Source: Octopus vulgaris (lineage: Eukaryota). Taken from it: a stretch of 64,000 bases of DNA. A program made the translations under genes and the position numbers. The DNA lies in contig OX597819.1 of the NCBI GenBank assembly GCA_951406725.2, positions 130,448,001-130,512,000 on the forward strand. The letters are read 5' to 3'. The first letter of the stretch is position 1. Each line of letters begins with the position of its first letter. The notes below the pieces were generated by a model. That model was not told where the DNA came from and did not search any database. It saw nothing but the letters and a program-made list of their open reading frames with translations. Positions 11,775 through 24,294 of the stretch are shown here, piece after piece.

Positions 11775-11966
11775 TGTATGTATGTGTATGCGCATGTGAA
11801 TGTATATATGTATGCCTGTTTGTGTGTATGTATGTATATTTGCATGTATGCACGTATGAATGCATGTATTTATGCATGATTGTATGTATATGTATGTATA
11901 TGTACATATGTATGTATGAACGTATGTATGTGTATGTGCATGTGAATGTATATATGTATGAGTGCA

Positions 11967-12243
11967 CAGTAATCCCTCGCCATATCGCGGTTCACCCATC
12001 GCGGTTCACCCATCGCGGTTCACCCATCGCGGTTCACCCATCGCGGTTCACCCATCGCGGTTTATTATTTACGCTTGCACCGATTCCTCCGTGGTGTTGC
12101 ATTGCATTTATCAGAAAATAAATATATATAAAATACAAAAATAATAATAAAATATACAGTACAGTACTGTTTCTACTTCACGGATTTTCGTCTATCGCGG
12201 GTTTTTTTAGAACGCAACATCCGCGATATTCGAGGGATTACTG
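11967..12243. mobile_element. Pogo/Tigger-type MITE
   Basis: TIRs CAGTAATCCCTCG..ATATCGCGG / CCGCGATATTCGAGGGATTACTG, with an internal 14-bp tandem array. Confidence 0.8.
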
Positions 12244-12257
12244 AATACATACATAGA

Positions 12258-12312
<55 letters not shown>

Positions 12313-12584
12313 CAATAAGAAAATGGAGGATCAACTTTTAGACATTATGTTATGTCTATTTATTTATTTAAAAAAGAAAACAATTATAACAATATACATA
12401 CATGTATAACATAATGCTTTACATATATAATATATAAAATATAAAAATAGTAATTATTAAAATATATAACATAGAACATAGAAAGTAGAATGCTCTACGT
12501 TATATATTTGAATAATTACTGGTATTTTTATATTTATATATTATATATGTAAAGGTTATATTTTACTATTATATATGTAAAGCA

Positions 12585-13170
12585 GCGAAGGAAGCATTAG
12601 AGATCTTTGAAACAAAGGTAGAGCCCAGGAGATGAAGACTAGTGAGAAGACTGAAAAAGGAAGGCGGAAAGATGCTTGACGCCACCAGAGGAACTAATGA
12701 ACAACGTTAGGAAGAAGACTAAGAATGAAGGTGGAGGGAAGACCGCCTGAGTGTTAGGAATGTGGCGGAAAGGGACACATGAAGGCGAGATGCCCACGAA
12801 AAGAACAGAGGGAGACTACAGAAAAGGTCGAACAGGCAGTAACAGGTGAGAATAATGAGACAACAGCGGTAGAAGAATTCACACTGGTGGAAAGAAAAAG
12901 AAGGAGGAGCGGTAGGGTAAGTCCACCACCGACTAATCAGAAAAAGAAGAAAGAAGAGATTGAAAAGAAAGAGGTAACGAGAAAGAAAGATGATAAAAGT
13001 GAGACGGAAAAGGAAAGGGAAAAAATAATTGAGAAGATGTGTGAAAAAGAGTCAGAGAAGGAGGAAACAAATATGAAGATGAAAGGTAAATTGACGGAAG
13101 AGTCAGGAATTCAAGTACAAGAGGACGAAACGGAGAAACTGGTTACAGTAGAGACGGTTACAGTAGAGCG
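12585..13170 (+). pseudogene. L1/Tx1-like LINE ORF1 (gag-like) fragment
   Basis: MKVEGRPPEC*ECGGKGHMKARCP is a CX2CX4HX4C zinc knuckle with one in-frame stop, followed by an E/K-rich region. Confidence 0.6.
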
Positions 13171-13434
13171 AGTTTTGTATAATATTGGAACCAGGGTGAC
13201 TGTATGGTTACAAAGTTCGCTTCCCTGTTATGAAGTTTTAGGCTGCAAGCGATCCCACTCTACACCACCTTGGACAAATGTCCGCTACCAACGCCTTAGC
13301 TTAACCAAGGCCTTGTACGTTGAATTTGCTACCTGGTAACAGTGTAGCGTAAAAGCTCGTCGAAGAACCATCCTGTTATAGGGTGGTAGTTGTAATCCGT
13401 CACACAGTTTATGTGGCTCTGGAGTTATCAAGAT

Positions 13435-14003
13435 CTTATGTCTTTCCGCTGCCTCTGGAAAATCCTCCGCATCAAATGATGTCCTCAGGCAAGCAGGAAT
13501 ACCAAGCATGTTTGCACTCCTCACACAAAGACGTATGAGATGGCTTGGGCATGTTAGCCGTATAAAAGATGGCAGAATCCCCAAGGACATACTCTACGGA
13601 GAGCTTGCTAGGGGTACTAGGTCTGTGGGTAGACCGATCTTACGTTACAAGGATGTTTGCAAAAGGGACATGAAGGCCTGCAACATCAATATTAGCGGTT
13701 GGGAGGCAGTTGCCGACAACCGTGGAGAATGGCGACGTACCGTAAAAGAGGGAATACAAAGGAGTGACAGAGAGAGAGAGGAGAAATGGAACGAAAGGAA
13801 GAGACGTAAACAAGAGACTATGGCACTACAACCAGCCAGGAACAGTCTTCGCTACATTTGCGGTACCTGCCAGAGGGAGTGTTTGTCCAGGATAGGACTA
13901 CACAGCCACAGCAGGAAATGTATCAGGACATGAAATATAAAAGCCGGACTAGACTACTTGTGCGCAACTCCATTGTCTCCCGAGACAAAAAGGATGCCAA
14001 CTA
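13435..14003 (+). mobile_element. RTE-clade LINE 3' end
   Basis: QRRMRWLGHVSRIKDGRIPKDILYGELARGTRSVGRPILRYKDVCKRDMK and a C-terminal C..C.R.CLSRIGLHSHSRKC zinc finger, then a short 3' UTR. Confidence 0.9.
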
Positions 14004-14306
14004 TGTCTTTCCACTCATCAATCTCAGAGGTTCTGAAAATGGTGTTGTTTTTCTTGTTTATTTTTTTTGTCTGTTTATTTATTCATTTATTTTTTTGCTT
14101 TGATTCATTATTATATTACATCCAAAAGGAAACATAGGAGTGGTAAGAATCGGTGGAGCGCCGGACAAAATATCTCCGGTAGTTATTTACGGCTTCAGAA
14201 GTTGTGAAATCGACGTTGCGTTTCTTTCTTTCAGGAGTCGACAAAATAAAGCTTCTGTTAATTACTCATGTACATATAATTATTGTACCTTTTCCAAAAT
14301 ATCTCG

Positions 14307-14439
14307 GTTCAAAGTCTCTCTTGACCAGAAATGGCCTGAACTCTTTGCATGACCATCCTCCCTGTACATAACTCCATATCCCCCTACATGGTCTTGCTTT
14401 TTGCTTTTTGAGCCAAAAAATTAACTTAACTTAACTTAT
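14307..14439 (+). mobile_element. CR1 LINE extreme 3' end (same group as 6640-7183), (TTAAC)n tail
   Basis: FKVSLDQKWPELFA* with a 3' UTR matching 7050-7183. Confidence 0.85.
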
Positions 14440-14489
14440 CTAGCCTTTATGTTATTATTATGACTATTATTAATTATTATCAAGGCAAT

Positions 14490-14960
14490 GAGTCGACTTT
14501 ACTTTTCATTCTTTTAGGGTCGATCAAATTAGTACCAGTGAGACACTGGGGTTGGAGTAATCGACTGGCCCCTTCTCCCAAATTTCAAACGTTGTGTCTA
14601 TAGTAGAACGGACTATTAAGGCGGGGAGTTAGAAATAATCTTTAGCACGCCGGACAAAATGCTTAGCGGCATTTCGACCGTCTTTACGTTCTGAGTTCAA
14701 TTGTTGGCGTGGTCGTCTTTGCCGTTTATCCTTTCTGGGTTGATAAAATAAGTACTTCTTCCACCCGAAACTGCTGGCCTTGTGCCAAAATTTGAAATCA
14801 TCGTTAATTATTATTAGAAGGTGGAGAACTGAAAGAATCGTTAGCACGCCGGACAAAAGCCGCTTAGCGGCATTTTGTCCGTCTTTATGTTCGAAGGTCA
14901 AATTCTGTCGAGATTGACTTTGCCTTTCATCTTTTCGGGGTCAATAAAATAAGTTCCAAT
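14490..14960 (+). mobile_element. SINE family B, degenerate tandem cluster
   Basis: Repeated ttagcacgccggac..gcttagcggcattt..ttctgagttcaa and gactttgcctttcat motifs. Confidence 0.75.
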
Positions 14961-15437
14961 AAAATAAACCCCTCTTGCAAAATTTCTAGCCCCTTTAACT
15001 CTATCCGTCATCCTTCCGAGTTCGGTGACGTAAGTACCACTCAAGTCATGGGGTCAATTAAATCGACTTCACTTTCTCCAGTAAATTTGTGATCTTCTGT
15101 CTCCGATAAGAATTGATATTGTACTAAATTCGATTTTAGATTGATGTTGCTTTCTGCCCAACAACATATCTATAGGTCTACCACTGTCTACCATTCTGTC
15201 AATCTATGTAGCTACTTATAGAGTCAGTCATTTTTTTACTCTTTTTTTCCTTGTGATCCACTCTCTCCCTCTTTCTATCTCTCTATTTCTCTCTATTTCT
15301 CTCTCTCTCTCTCATTCTTATCTGCATTTTCACTGTTTCCCTTTCTGACTATCACCGTTTCACTCTACTTCTCTCTCTTCCTCTCTTTCTCCTTGTATTC
15401 TTCTCATTTGCGCTTTTGATTACTGAATTTAGTAGTG

Positions 15438-15499
<62 letters not shown>

Positions 15500-16053
15500 T
15501 GTTGTTGTTGTTGTTTTCCCTTTGATTTTTTTTATCGCCATTTTATTGTCTGTTATTACGATTATCGGCTGCTGACTTCGTGTAAAAAAGAGTAACTGAC
15601 AAACAAACAAAACACATCTGTGTTTTTGATACCTTTTTTCTTTTCGTACTTTTTGTTTATATAATTTCAGTCATTTATTTAGTTGTTTAGCTGTCGTTTT
15701 GGTATTCTAATTCTTCAGTTCCACTTGTAACTATTCCGGTTTGCCATTAAATATTAAACGATTTCAATCAGCAGATGCTATAGCGTTCGCCATATCTCAC
15801 GGGTTGTGTTTCGTCCAACACCCATCGCCATTTGCAATGCTAATCACAATCCTTACACTTAACAATTTCACCAACATGCTCTCTCTCTCTCTACTGTCTT
15901 CTCTTCTTCTTGCTCTCTTGCTCTCTCCCACTCTCCATTCCCTCTCTGTCTCTCTCTCTTTCTTTTTCTCTCTCTCCCTCTAACTCCTGCTCTCATTCTT
16001 TTGTCTATTTAATTTCTGCGTTTTTTTCTTTTTATTTCTCTCTTGATTTAATA

Positions 16054-16697
16054 CAGTGATGCCTCGCTGTACGAGTTTAATTCGTTCCATGACGGAACTC
16101 ATCGCACAACTTACTCGTTTTACAAATCCATTTTCCCCATTCAAAATTAACTGAAATACCTATTTCTTTACTACCCAAAAGGGGCTAAACACAGAGGGGA
16201 CAAACAAGGACAGACAAACAGATTAAATCGATTACATCAACCCCAGTGCGTAACTGATTCTTAATTTATCGACCCCGAAAGGATGAAAGGCAAAGTCGAC
16301 CTCGGCGGAATTTGAACTCAGAACGTAGCGGCAGACGAAATACCGCTAAGCATTTCGCCCGGCGCGCTAACGTTTCTGCCAGCTCGCAGCCTTCAATGAA
16401 ATTAACTGACATATAGTTAATCCGTTTCAGCCCAACAAAACCACTCAAAAATAATTTTTGGGGGGATTTTAAAACAGAAAGGGTGTAGTTACAAGTAAAA
16501 AGACAATTATAATAAAGAGAATGCAAAAAAAAAAGATAATAAATAAACAGGTTTTATTAACTGAATTACCTTAAAGATGAGACTGTTTTGCGTGTTCCCT
16601 TCAAGACAAAAATTCGCACGAGTCTTGGATCACAACAAATTAACTCGTACAATGGTGCACTCGTACAATGGTGCACTCGTACTGCGAGGTTCTACTG
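16054..16697. mobile_element. Pogo/Tigger-type non-autonomous DNA transposon with nested SINE B
   Basis: TA|CAGTGATGCCTCGCTGTACGAG ... CTCGTACTGCGAGGTTCTACTG|TA, i.e. imperfect TIRs with a TA TSD. Confidence 0.75.
16150..16392 (-). mobile_element. SINE family B (nested)
   Basis: Reverse complement of the 2181-2413 sequence. Confidence 0.88.
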
Positions 16698-16907
16698 TAT
16701 TATTTGCTTGAAATCTCTATATATCTATCTATCATACTCATAAACACACACTCACCCTCTCCCTCCTTTGGAAATTCAAATCACAAACACGCACGCACAT
16801 ATATACACACACATATAGATATAGATATACATACATACACAGGCATTCATATTCGTACATATAAAGATGCATAAAGATAAATAAATGTGTCTATATATAT
16901 GTGTGTG

Positions 16908-17076
<169 letters not shown>

Positions 17077-17332
17077 TGTTATATATGGATTCTTAGAATT
17101 ATGTGACTATCACAGAAAGCTCCCCTAGCAGAAGTGGCTAGCAAACCACAACGTAATCTAATACGGAGGAATCTAAAGCAGAGTTTTGTGTAGCAGAAAT
17201 CCAGATCTGATAGATGGAATTATTTCATATAAAGTCAGAAAGTATGAGAGATTAATATATTTATTTAAACATTAGTCATCCATAGGGTTACGGCCGTTTC
17301 GCAGCCTTCCTCGTGTAATAATAATTTCAGCG

Positions 17333-17363
<31 letters not shown>

Positions 17364-17487
17364 ATACGTATCCATATCTTGGTTTAATCTTTACATCTCC
17401 AGTTGCGGATTCCTTTTAAATTCATTTATATTATATCTTTTTATTTTATTATTAGAGACAACATTCATACATTATATACAATATATA

Positions 17488-18545
17488 TTAGGTTTATTCA
17501 CATGAAATGTCGTATTTGAAAGGTAATAATAAAATGTTTCAGAAGCGATAGAGAACTGATTTATTTAATCAAAGTATGATCCATGTTCATTTATGACGTT
17601 TGCCCAACGTTTCTCTATGTCACATATTCCATCTTTAAAAAAAGCATTCATCTTTTGCTGTGGTAAACTGTCCGAGTGCTTCAATTACCTCTTCTCTATT
17701 TAAGAATGTTTTATTGCTTATAAAAAGCTCAAAACGCTTGAATAAGTGATGATCACTAGGAGAGATATCAGAGGAATCTCATAATTCAGGTTTTGCAACT
17801 TTTGAACCGTAGCCTGAGGAGTGTGAGGATGTGCATTGTCGTGGAGCAAAATTGGACCATCTCTATTCACTAGTCTGGGTTGCTTCTCTTTCAAATTCTC
17901 ATGCATACAATCAATTTCCTGGCAATACGATGTTGCTGTAACCGTTTTTCCTTGTTGCAAAAATGAATAAGGAATAACTTACTTCGCAGACCACCATACA
18001 GTGACCACTAACTTTTGAGGGTACAATGGTGGGTTTGGGTAGTGTTTTGGTAACTCTCCTGCATCTAAACACTGTCCTGTTTCCCTGCTGCTGTCAAAGA
18101 GTATCCATTTCTCATCACAAGTAATGATTTGATGCAAAAATGGTTTTTTTCCAGTCAAGAAATCAATAAGGAGCACATTTCGAAGCGTCTATTTTTTTGA
18201 ATCTCGTTGATGTGGAACAAACCTATCCGTTTTCTTGACTTTTCCAATTTTTTACAGGTGTTCAAAAACAGTTGCGCGAGATGTTTGAAATTCTGATGAA
18301 AGTTTTCGAACCTTTATTCTCGGATTTTGCTGAACCATCGTGCCGAATAACTTATTTTGGCCTAACCCTTGGTTTATTTTCAAGACTATCATCTCCTGAA
18401 TGAGAGCTTTGGAACCATCTCTGAACAGTTCTGATATCAACAAAACCATTACCAAAGGCTCGCTTGATATTCCGTAGAACTTTTGCGGTAAAGTGACCCA
18501 GTTTGTACTCTTTGTTTTTGTGCTTAGTTAGAAAGCACAAAAAAA
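17488..18545 (-). mobile_element. Degenerate mariner transposon (DD34D-type transposase pseudogene), one TIR
   Basis: Frameshifted pieces RTVQRWF, IITCDEKWILFD, VTVWWS and GPILLHDNAHPHT. TIR-like TA|TTAGGTTTATTCACATGAAATG at about 17488. Confidence 0.85.
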
Positions 18546-18967
18546 GAGCATGTGCGTACTATTGAACTTACACCAGACTTCGTTCTGGTCATCCTCCAAT
18601 CCATTTGATTCCCTTTGACCTAGTCTTTCACGTCTGATTACCTGAAGAAGAAGCGACTAAATATGTTGTCGGTGAGTTGATGGAAGCGATCGGTGGTGGC
18701 GCGGCGGTGGCGCGGCGGTGGCAAGTCGGTGGAGGTAGATGCCGGTAGGGTTTGGAGAGGAAGTCTTGAGGAAAAGGTGGTGGAAGAGAATGTATGTTGT
18801 GGAAGAGTGAGAGGTGGGGACTTGGGGGCTGTAGTAGTGATGCTAGTACATGTAGTAGACGTCTCTTAATATTTATATATTTCACAACGAATCGAAAATA
18901 TTTATTTCATGCAAGGTGAACAGCGAAAGAATCAAATTTATTACGATAATATATAGAATAAATTCAA

Positions 18968-19372
18968 TAGGGAGTGGCTGTGTGGTAAGTAGCTTGCTTA
19001 CCAGCCACATGGTTCCAGGTTCAGTCCCACTGCGTGGCACCTTGGGCAAGTGTCTTCTACTATATCCTCGGGCCGACCAAAGCCTTGTGAATGGATTTGG
19101 TAGATGGAAACTGAAAGAAGCTCGTCGTATATATGTATATATATATATATATATATTGTGTCTGTGTTTGTTCCCCCACCATCGCTTGACAACCGATGCT
19201 GGTGTGTTTACGTCCCCGTAACTTAGCGGTTCGGCAAAAGAGACCGATAGAATAAGTACTAGACTTACAAAGAATAAGTCCTGGGATCGATTTGCTCGAC
19301 TAAAGGCGGTGCTCCAGCATGGCCGCAGTCAAATGACTGAAACAAGTAAAAGAGTAAAAGAGTAAAAAGAGA
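18968..19372 (+). mobile_element. SINE family A, full length
   Basis: Matches 8209-8618. Confidence 0.9.
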
Positions 19373-19651
19373 GAACAGATCTTACACACACGCTCCTATG
19401 TTTGAACACACACACAATACACACAAACACACACACAATATACTTAATTCCTGGAAAAATTGCACTTCTGGCTGGCAGACGCCCTCTGACACATCAAGTC
19501 TTCGCCAGCAGAACACCAAGGTGAATAGTAAATACGTGGTGTTGGGCGGTTCACAGGCAACTTAGTATCTATTCGAAAGCGACAATGAGGAAAACAATCA
19601 AAATATCACAAACACAAATACGAACAAATTGTTATGCAATACATACATAGT

Positions 19652-20050
19652 AAGGCGGTGAGCTGGCAGAAACGTTAGCACGCCGGGCGAAATGCTTTGC
19701 GGTATTTCGTCCGCCGCTGCGTTCTGAGTTCAAATTCCGCCGGGGTCGACTTCGCCTTTCATCCTTTCGGGGTCGATAAATTAAGTACCAGTTACATACT
19801 GGGATCGATATAATCGACTTAATCCGTTTGTCTGTCCTTGTTTGTCCTCTCTGTGTTTATCCCCTTGTGGGTAGTAAAGAAATAGGTATTTCGTCTGCCG
19901 TTACGTTCTGAGTTCAAATTCCGCAGAGGTCGACTTTGCCTTTCATCCTTTCGGAGTCAATAAATTAAGTACCAGTTGCGTACTTGGGTCAATCTCATCG
20001 ACTGGCCCCCTCCCTCAAAATTTCGGGCCTTGTGCCTAGAATAGAAAATA
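19652..20050 (+). mobile_element. SINE family B dimer with alternative tail
   Basis: A full monomer followed by a second unit starting at ggtatttcgtctgccg and ending in gactggccccctccc..ccttgtgcctagaatagaaa. Confidence 0.85.
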
Positions 20051-20826
20051 ATACATTCAGACAAAGTGATTACTTTCAAATGTTAGCCATCTCACAATAG
20101 ATGAATAGTAAAACGTGTGTCTGTCACTGGATGTTAGTGACAAAATATTGTTCGGCACTTTTGCCATTCTCTCGGTCGCCATAGTAGGTTCCAGTCACAA
20201 GTATTGCAAAATAACTGGTACTATTTTAACTGTAAGTTTTAGATCAGAGTATCATCCTCCTTGAAGATCTTCCTTTGCCTGGTTTTGTTAAAAATAAGGT
20301 GAGCCTCCTCTACCCCTGAGGAAATCTATTTAATCCATAGAAGGGACCCTGATAGGTTCTACCGTTCCGGGTCAGAATGGATCTGGAAATAATGGTAATT
20401 AATGGGTGATTTCACGCTCCTCACGACTCCAGAACTCCTGAAATGGGAGGTAGACAGAGAGGGAGGGATAGAGCGCAGAGACAGAGAGAGGAGAGAAAGA
20501 TTGAAATAGATAGAGAAAGGGAGAGAGAAAGAGAGCAAAACAGAGACGACGGATCAAACAGACCTTGACAAATTAAGCTAAAAATACCTCAACTAATTAT
20601 TTCGGCAGTCAATAGAGAAATAAACAGTTTCTCATTGGTCCCGGGAATCCTGCAAATCAGTGACATATCAAAGGTATAATTGGTATATTTTACTTGGAGT
20701 ATTATTTAGCAAACAAAAACGAATGGATAGTTTAAAACATAACTATACGACAATTCTATATTTAAGAGATGAGGAATTATTTATATTATTTACATTCGAC
20801 GGATATTTGTCCTCATCTTTGTTGTT

Positions 20827-20872
20827 AACACAACGTTTCGGCTGATATAACCTCAAGCCTTCATCAGATGTT
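20827..20872 (-). ncRNA. Minimal type I hammerhead ribozyme
   Basis: aacat-CTGATGA-a-GGCT-(12 nt)-AGCC-GAAAC-GTT-gtgtt: intact core, palindromic ACGT stem III. Confidence 0.75.
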
Positions 20873-21281
20873 TTAGGGAAATTTGGAACCTGGGTTTCCC
20901 TTCCTAAGGTCTCCAATTTTCCATACATGAACACCTCCTCCAGTGGGATGAAGTTAAAATAATAGACAGAGAACACCACTGGAAAATACGCAAACTAAAA
21001 GAAGCAGCTCAAATGCTAGGACACAGCAACCTCCTAAGCAGACCGAGTGCAGATATGAGCAGCATATGGGAACCGGTATTAAGGAAGGGTAGGAAAATAT
21101 TAGATTTATAAGCCCTAAAATTCACTCTATAATTACCCACGAGCATATGGCGTAGTAGTTAAGAGCTCGACCTACTAATCTCAAGATTCTGAGTTCGTAT
21201 CCAGACAGTGACCGGAATAATAATAACAACAACATCGGAAAATACTTTAGGAGTGAGAACCCAGGTTCGAAATTTCCCCAA

Positions 21282-21327
21282 GACACCTGATAAAGGCTGG
21301 AGGGTATATCAGGCGAAATGTTGTGTC
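21282..21327 (+). ncRNA. Minimal type I hammerhead, mutated copy
   Basis: gacac-CTGATAA-a-ggct...aggc-GAAAT-GTT-gtgtc; stem I gacac/gtgtc covaries with the inverted copy. Confidence 0.6.
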
Positions 21328-22126
21328 AACAACAAACAAGATAGCTATACGAGTTCAGTATGTAACTTATGCAAATTTTCATAAACACTCCATTTCTTTA
21401 GGGTGAAATTATGCCAAATAATTTGGGAAATATTGTCAGAATAATTAGCAGAACATCATCTGCTGAAATGGAATGATTATGTAACTGTATTTCAGTAATT
21501 TTATATAAGTTATGCAATGACTCGTATTTGGAATAAACTACGCCATTGAAACTTGTATAGTAATGTTTCGAACTATTAGCTTTTGTTTATTACACACACA
21601 CACACACACACACACATACACACTCTCTCTCTCACACATACACACACATACACACATACACACACACTCACACACACACACACACACATATGCAAGAGTG
21701 TTCGAATCACTGAAATCAATATTAAAAATTAAATTCAAATTTAGGTTATGGAAATGAACTATTATAGCAATTATATTGATAAATATTTTGTAATTAAATC
21801 AAAATCAGATAATTTTCCACTTTTGTTGACCTCTCCCGCTAATCTCTTCGCACGTAAAAAGTATTTTACTTTAATTGCGAAATATTCATCCATATAATTG
21901 CTATAACTGCTCATTTCCTCAAGTTAATTTAAATTTTTAATGTTGATTTCGGCAATTCGATTCGTCTTTTTCGAAATGTGTTTTTAACCATGTGCTGTCG
22001 GTGTTTGTTTTGGCTGTTTAACCCCGAGCTCGTGATCAGTGGATGATCAGACTTATGATCAAAGAGGATCAAACTGTAACCATCCCATCTTTTTTATATT
22101 TACATATTACAATTATTATTGTTATT

Positions 22127-22553
22127 GGCAGCGAGCTGCCAGAATTGTTAGAACGCTGAGTAAAATATTTAGCGGTATTTCGTCTGCCGTTACGTTCTGA
22201 GTTCAAATTCCGCCGAGGTCGACTTTGCCTTTCATCCTTTCGGGGTCGATTAAATAAGTACCTGTTACGCACTGGGGTCGATATAATCGACTTAATCCGT
22301 TTGTCTGTCCTTGTTTGTCCCCTCTGTGTTTAGCCCCTTGTGGGTAAAAAGAAATACCTATTTCGTCTGCCGTTACGGTCTGAGTTCAAATTCGGCCGAG
22401 GTCGACTTTGCCTTTCATCCTTTTGGGGTCGATAAATTAAGTACCAGTTTCGCACTGGGATCGATGTAATCGACTTAATCCCTTTGCCAGTCCTTGTTTG
22501 TCCCCTCTGTGTTTAGCCCCTTGTGGGTAGTAAAGAAATAGGTACTTCGTCTG
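22127..22553 (+). mobile_element. SINE family B tandem (2 units plus the start of a third)
   Basis: Head-to-tail units joined at gaaata|nntatttcgtctg. Confidence 0.88.
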
Positions 22554-22639
22554 TTTTTTTTTATTCTACGTGGGATTCTTGTTATTGTTTTTGTTTTTAT
22601 AGTCTTTCGTATGATTGTTGTTATTTACGAACTTCTTTC

Positions 22640-23052
22640 CACGTAGAGGACCACCAACTTGGATGTGTGTGGTGACCAGCAGGGCAAATTAAATGCAGTG
22701 ATCCACCAGAAAGTTCAGCACTTGCTAATTGTAGGAGCATTGTCTTTCATCATGAGAATGCTCGACCTCACACTTCTTTCCAAACGATACAGGTATTACA
22801 GTAGCTTAGCTTGAAACTTTTGTCACACACACTATATATGCCTGACCTTAAGGCTCCAGATTTCCACCTGTTTTGGATTTTTCAAATTTTATTGAATGTA
22901 CAATCCTTCGACTCCAAAGAGGATGTTAAAGTTCTTCTTTGAAGAGGTTTTTTTTTTTTTGTCCGTAAAGACAGAAAAACCTTCGCAAAGAATAATGGAT
23001 CTGCACACAAGATAGCAGATGATAGTGGAACAAACAATAACTACATCATTGA
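22640..23052 (+). mobile_element. Mariner transposase 3' fragment (degenerate)
   Basis: IVFHHENARPHTS, a PDL..PDFHLF-like motif and an IVEQ.NNYIID-like C-terminus. Confidence 0.7.
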
Positions 23053-23445
23053 CAGAATAAATCGTAGCACACCGGGCGAAATGCTTAGCAGTATTTCGTC
23101 TGCCGCTACGTTCTGAGTTCAAATTCCGCCGAGGTCGACTTTCGGGGTCGATTAAATTAGTACCAGTTAGGCACTGGGGTCGATATAATCGACTTAATCC
23201 GTTTGTCAGTCCTTGTTTATCCTCCCTGTGTTTAGCCCCTTGTGGGCAATAAATAGATAGGTATTTCGTCTGACGTTACGTTCTGAGTTCAAATTGCGTT
23301 TCATCCTTTCGAGGTCGATAAATTAAGTACCAGTTACGCACTGGGGTCGATGTAATCGACTTAATCCGTTTGTCTGTCCTTGTTTGTCTGTCCTTGTTTG
23401 TCCCCTCTCTGTGTTTAGCTTCTTGTGGGTAGTATAGAAATAAGT
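23053..23445 (+). mobile_element. SINE family B dimer
   Basis: Two units with small internal deletions. Confidence 0.85.
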
Positions 23446-23713
23446 ATCATTATTATTACTATTTTGTCAGGTAGGGACTGATAACCTAATAGATCTTTCC
23501 TCACATGAGACAGTCAGACTTAAGTCAAGGGCATTTTGAGCAGCTTTTCTAGGAAAATTAGTCGGACACATAGCGAGGCATAGTTGACATTTTATCTTAA
23601 TGTATACCTAGCAAATATATCTTGACTTTACTCATTTGACTGTGTCTGACTCAATGTAATTTTGCCTTTTACATATATACATACATTCATGCATACATAC
23701 ATATACACATATA

Positions 23714-23854
<141 letters not shown>

Positions 23855-23872
23855 TTATTTATTTATTTATTT

Positions 23873-24192
23873 ATATCAAAATAAGCAACAAGGATATCCA
23901 AGGTAGAGTAGTACAATTGCTTCACGAAATAAGTATATGAATGTGCATTGTCCGTTTAATTGAAAAATTCTATATGTGGCTGAAGATTGCTCGACATTTT
24001 AAAACTGATGTAATACTTACAGTGTTTAATAAAATGAAGTAGCATGAAACAATTGTACCACTCTACCTCGGATATACTTGTTACTTATTTTGATTATAAT
24101 CACCCCATATGATTTCTATGGATAATACCATACAAAATTCTGGTGCCTTTGACTTAAGTACCATATTCATCTGAATCTAAATTTTGCTGAAC
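23873..24192 (+). mobile_element. PLE-type terminus with inverted partial copy, between (TA)n tracts
   Basis: 23881-23925 is the reverse complement of 24045-24089. 24020-24192 is homologous to 47351-47522, which has an HHR-like motif. Confidence 0.65.
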
Positions 24193-24202
24193 TTATACAT
24201 AC

Positions 24203-24292
<90 letters not shown>

Positions 24293-24294
<2 letters not shown>

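Larger units (their letters stand above)
20752..21340 (+). mobile_element. 5'-truncated Penelope-like element with inverted partial terminal repeat
   Basis: 20918-21100 encodes HEHLLQWDEVKIIDREHHWKIRKLKEAAQM..NLLSR..IWEPVL (GIY-YIG C-terminus). 20752-20910 is an inverted copy overlapping the 21243-21340 terminus, and both carry HHR motifs. Confidence 0.82.

Noticed and set aside
11984-12062. Short direct-repeat array resembling CRISPR or iterons
   Set aside because: There are no spacers, the unit is only 14 bp, and it lies inside a MITE in a eukaryotic context.
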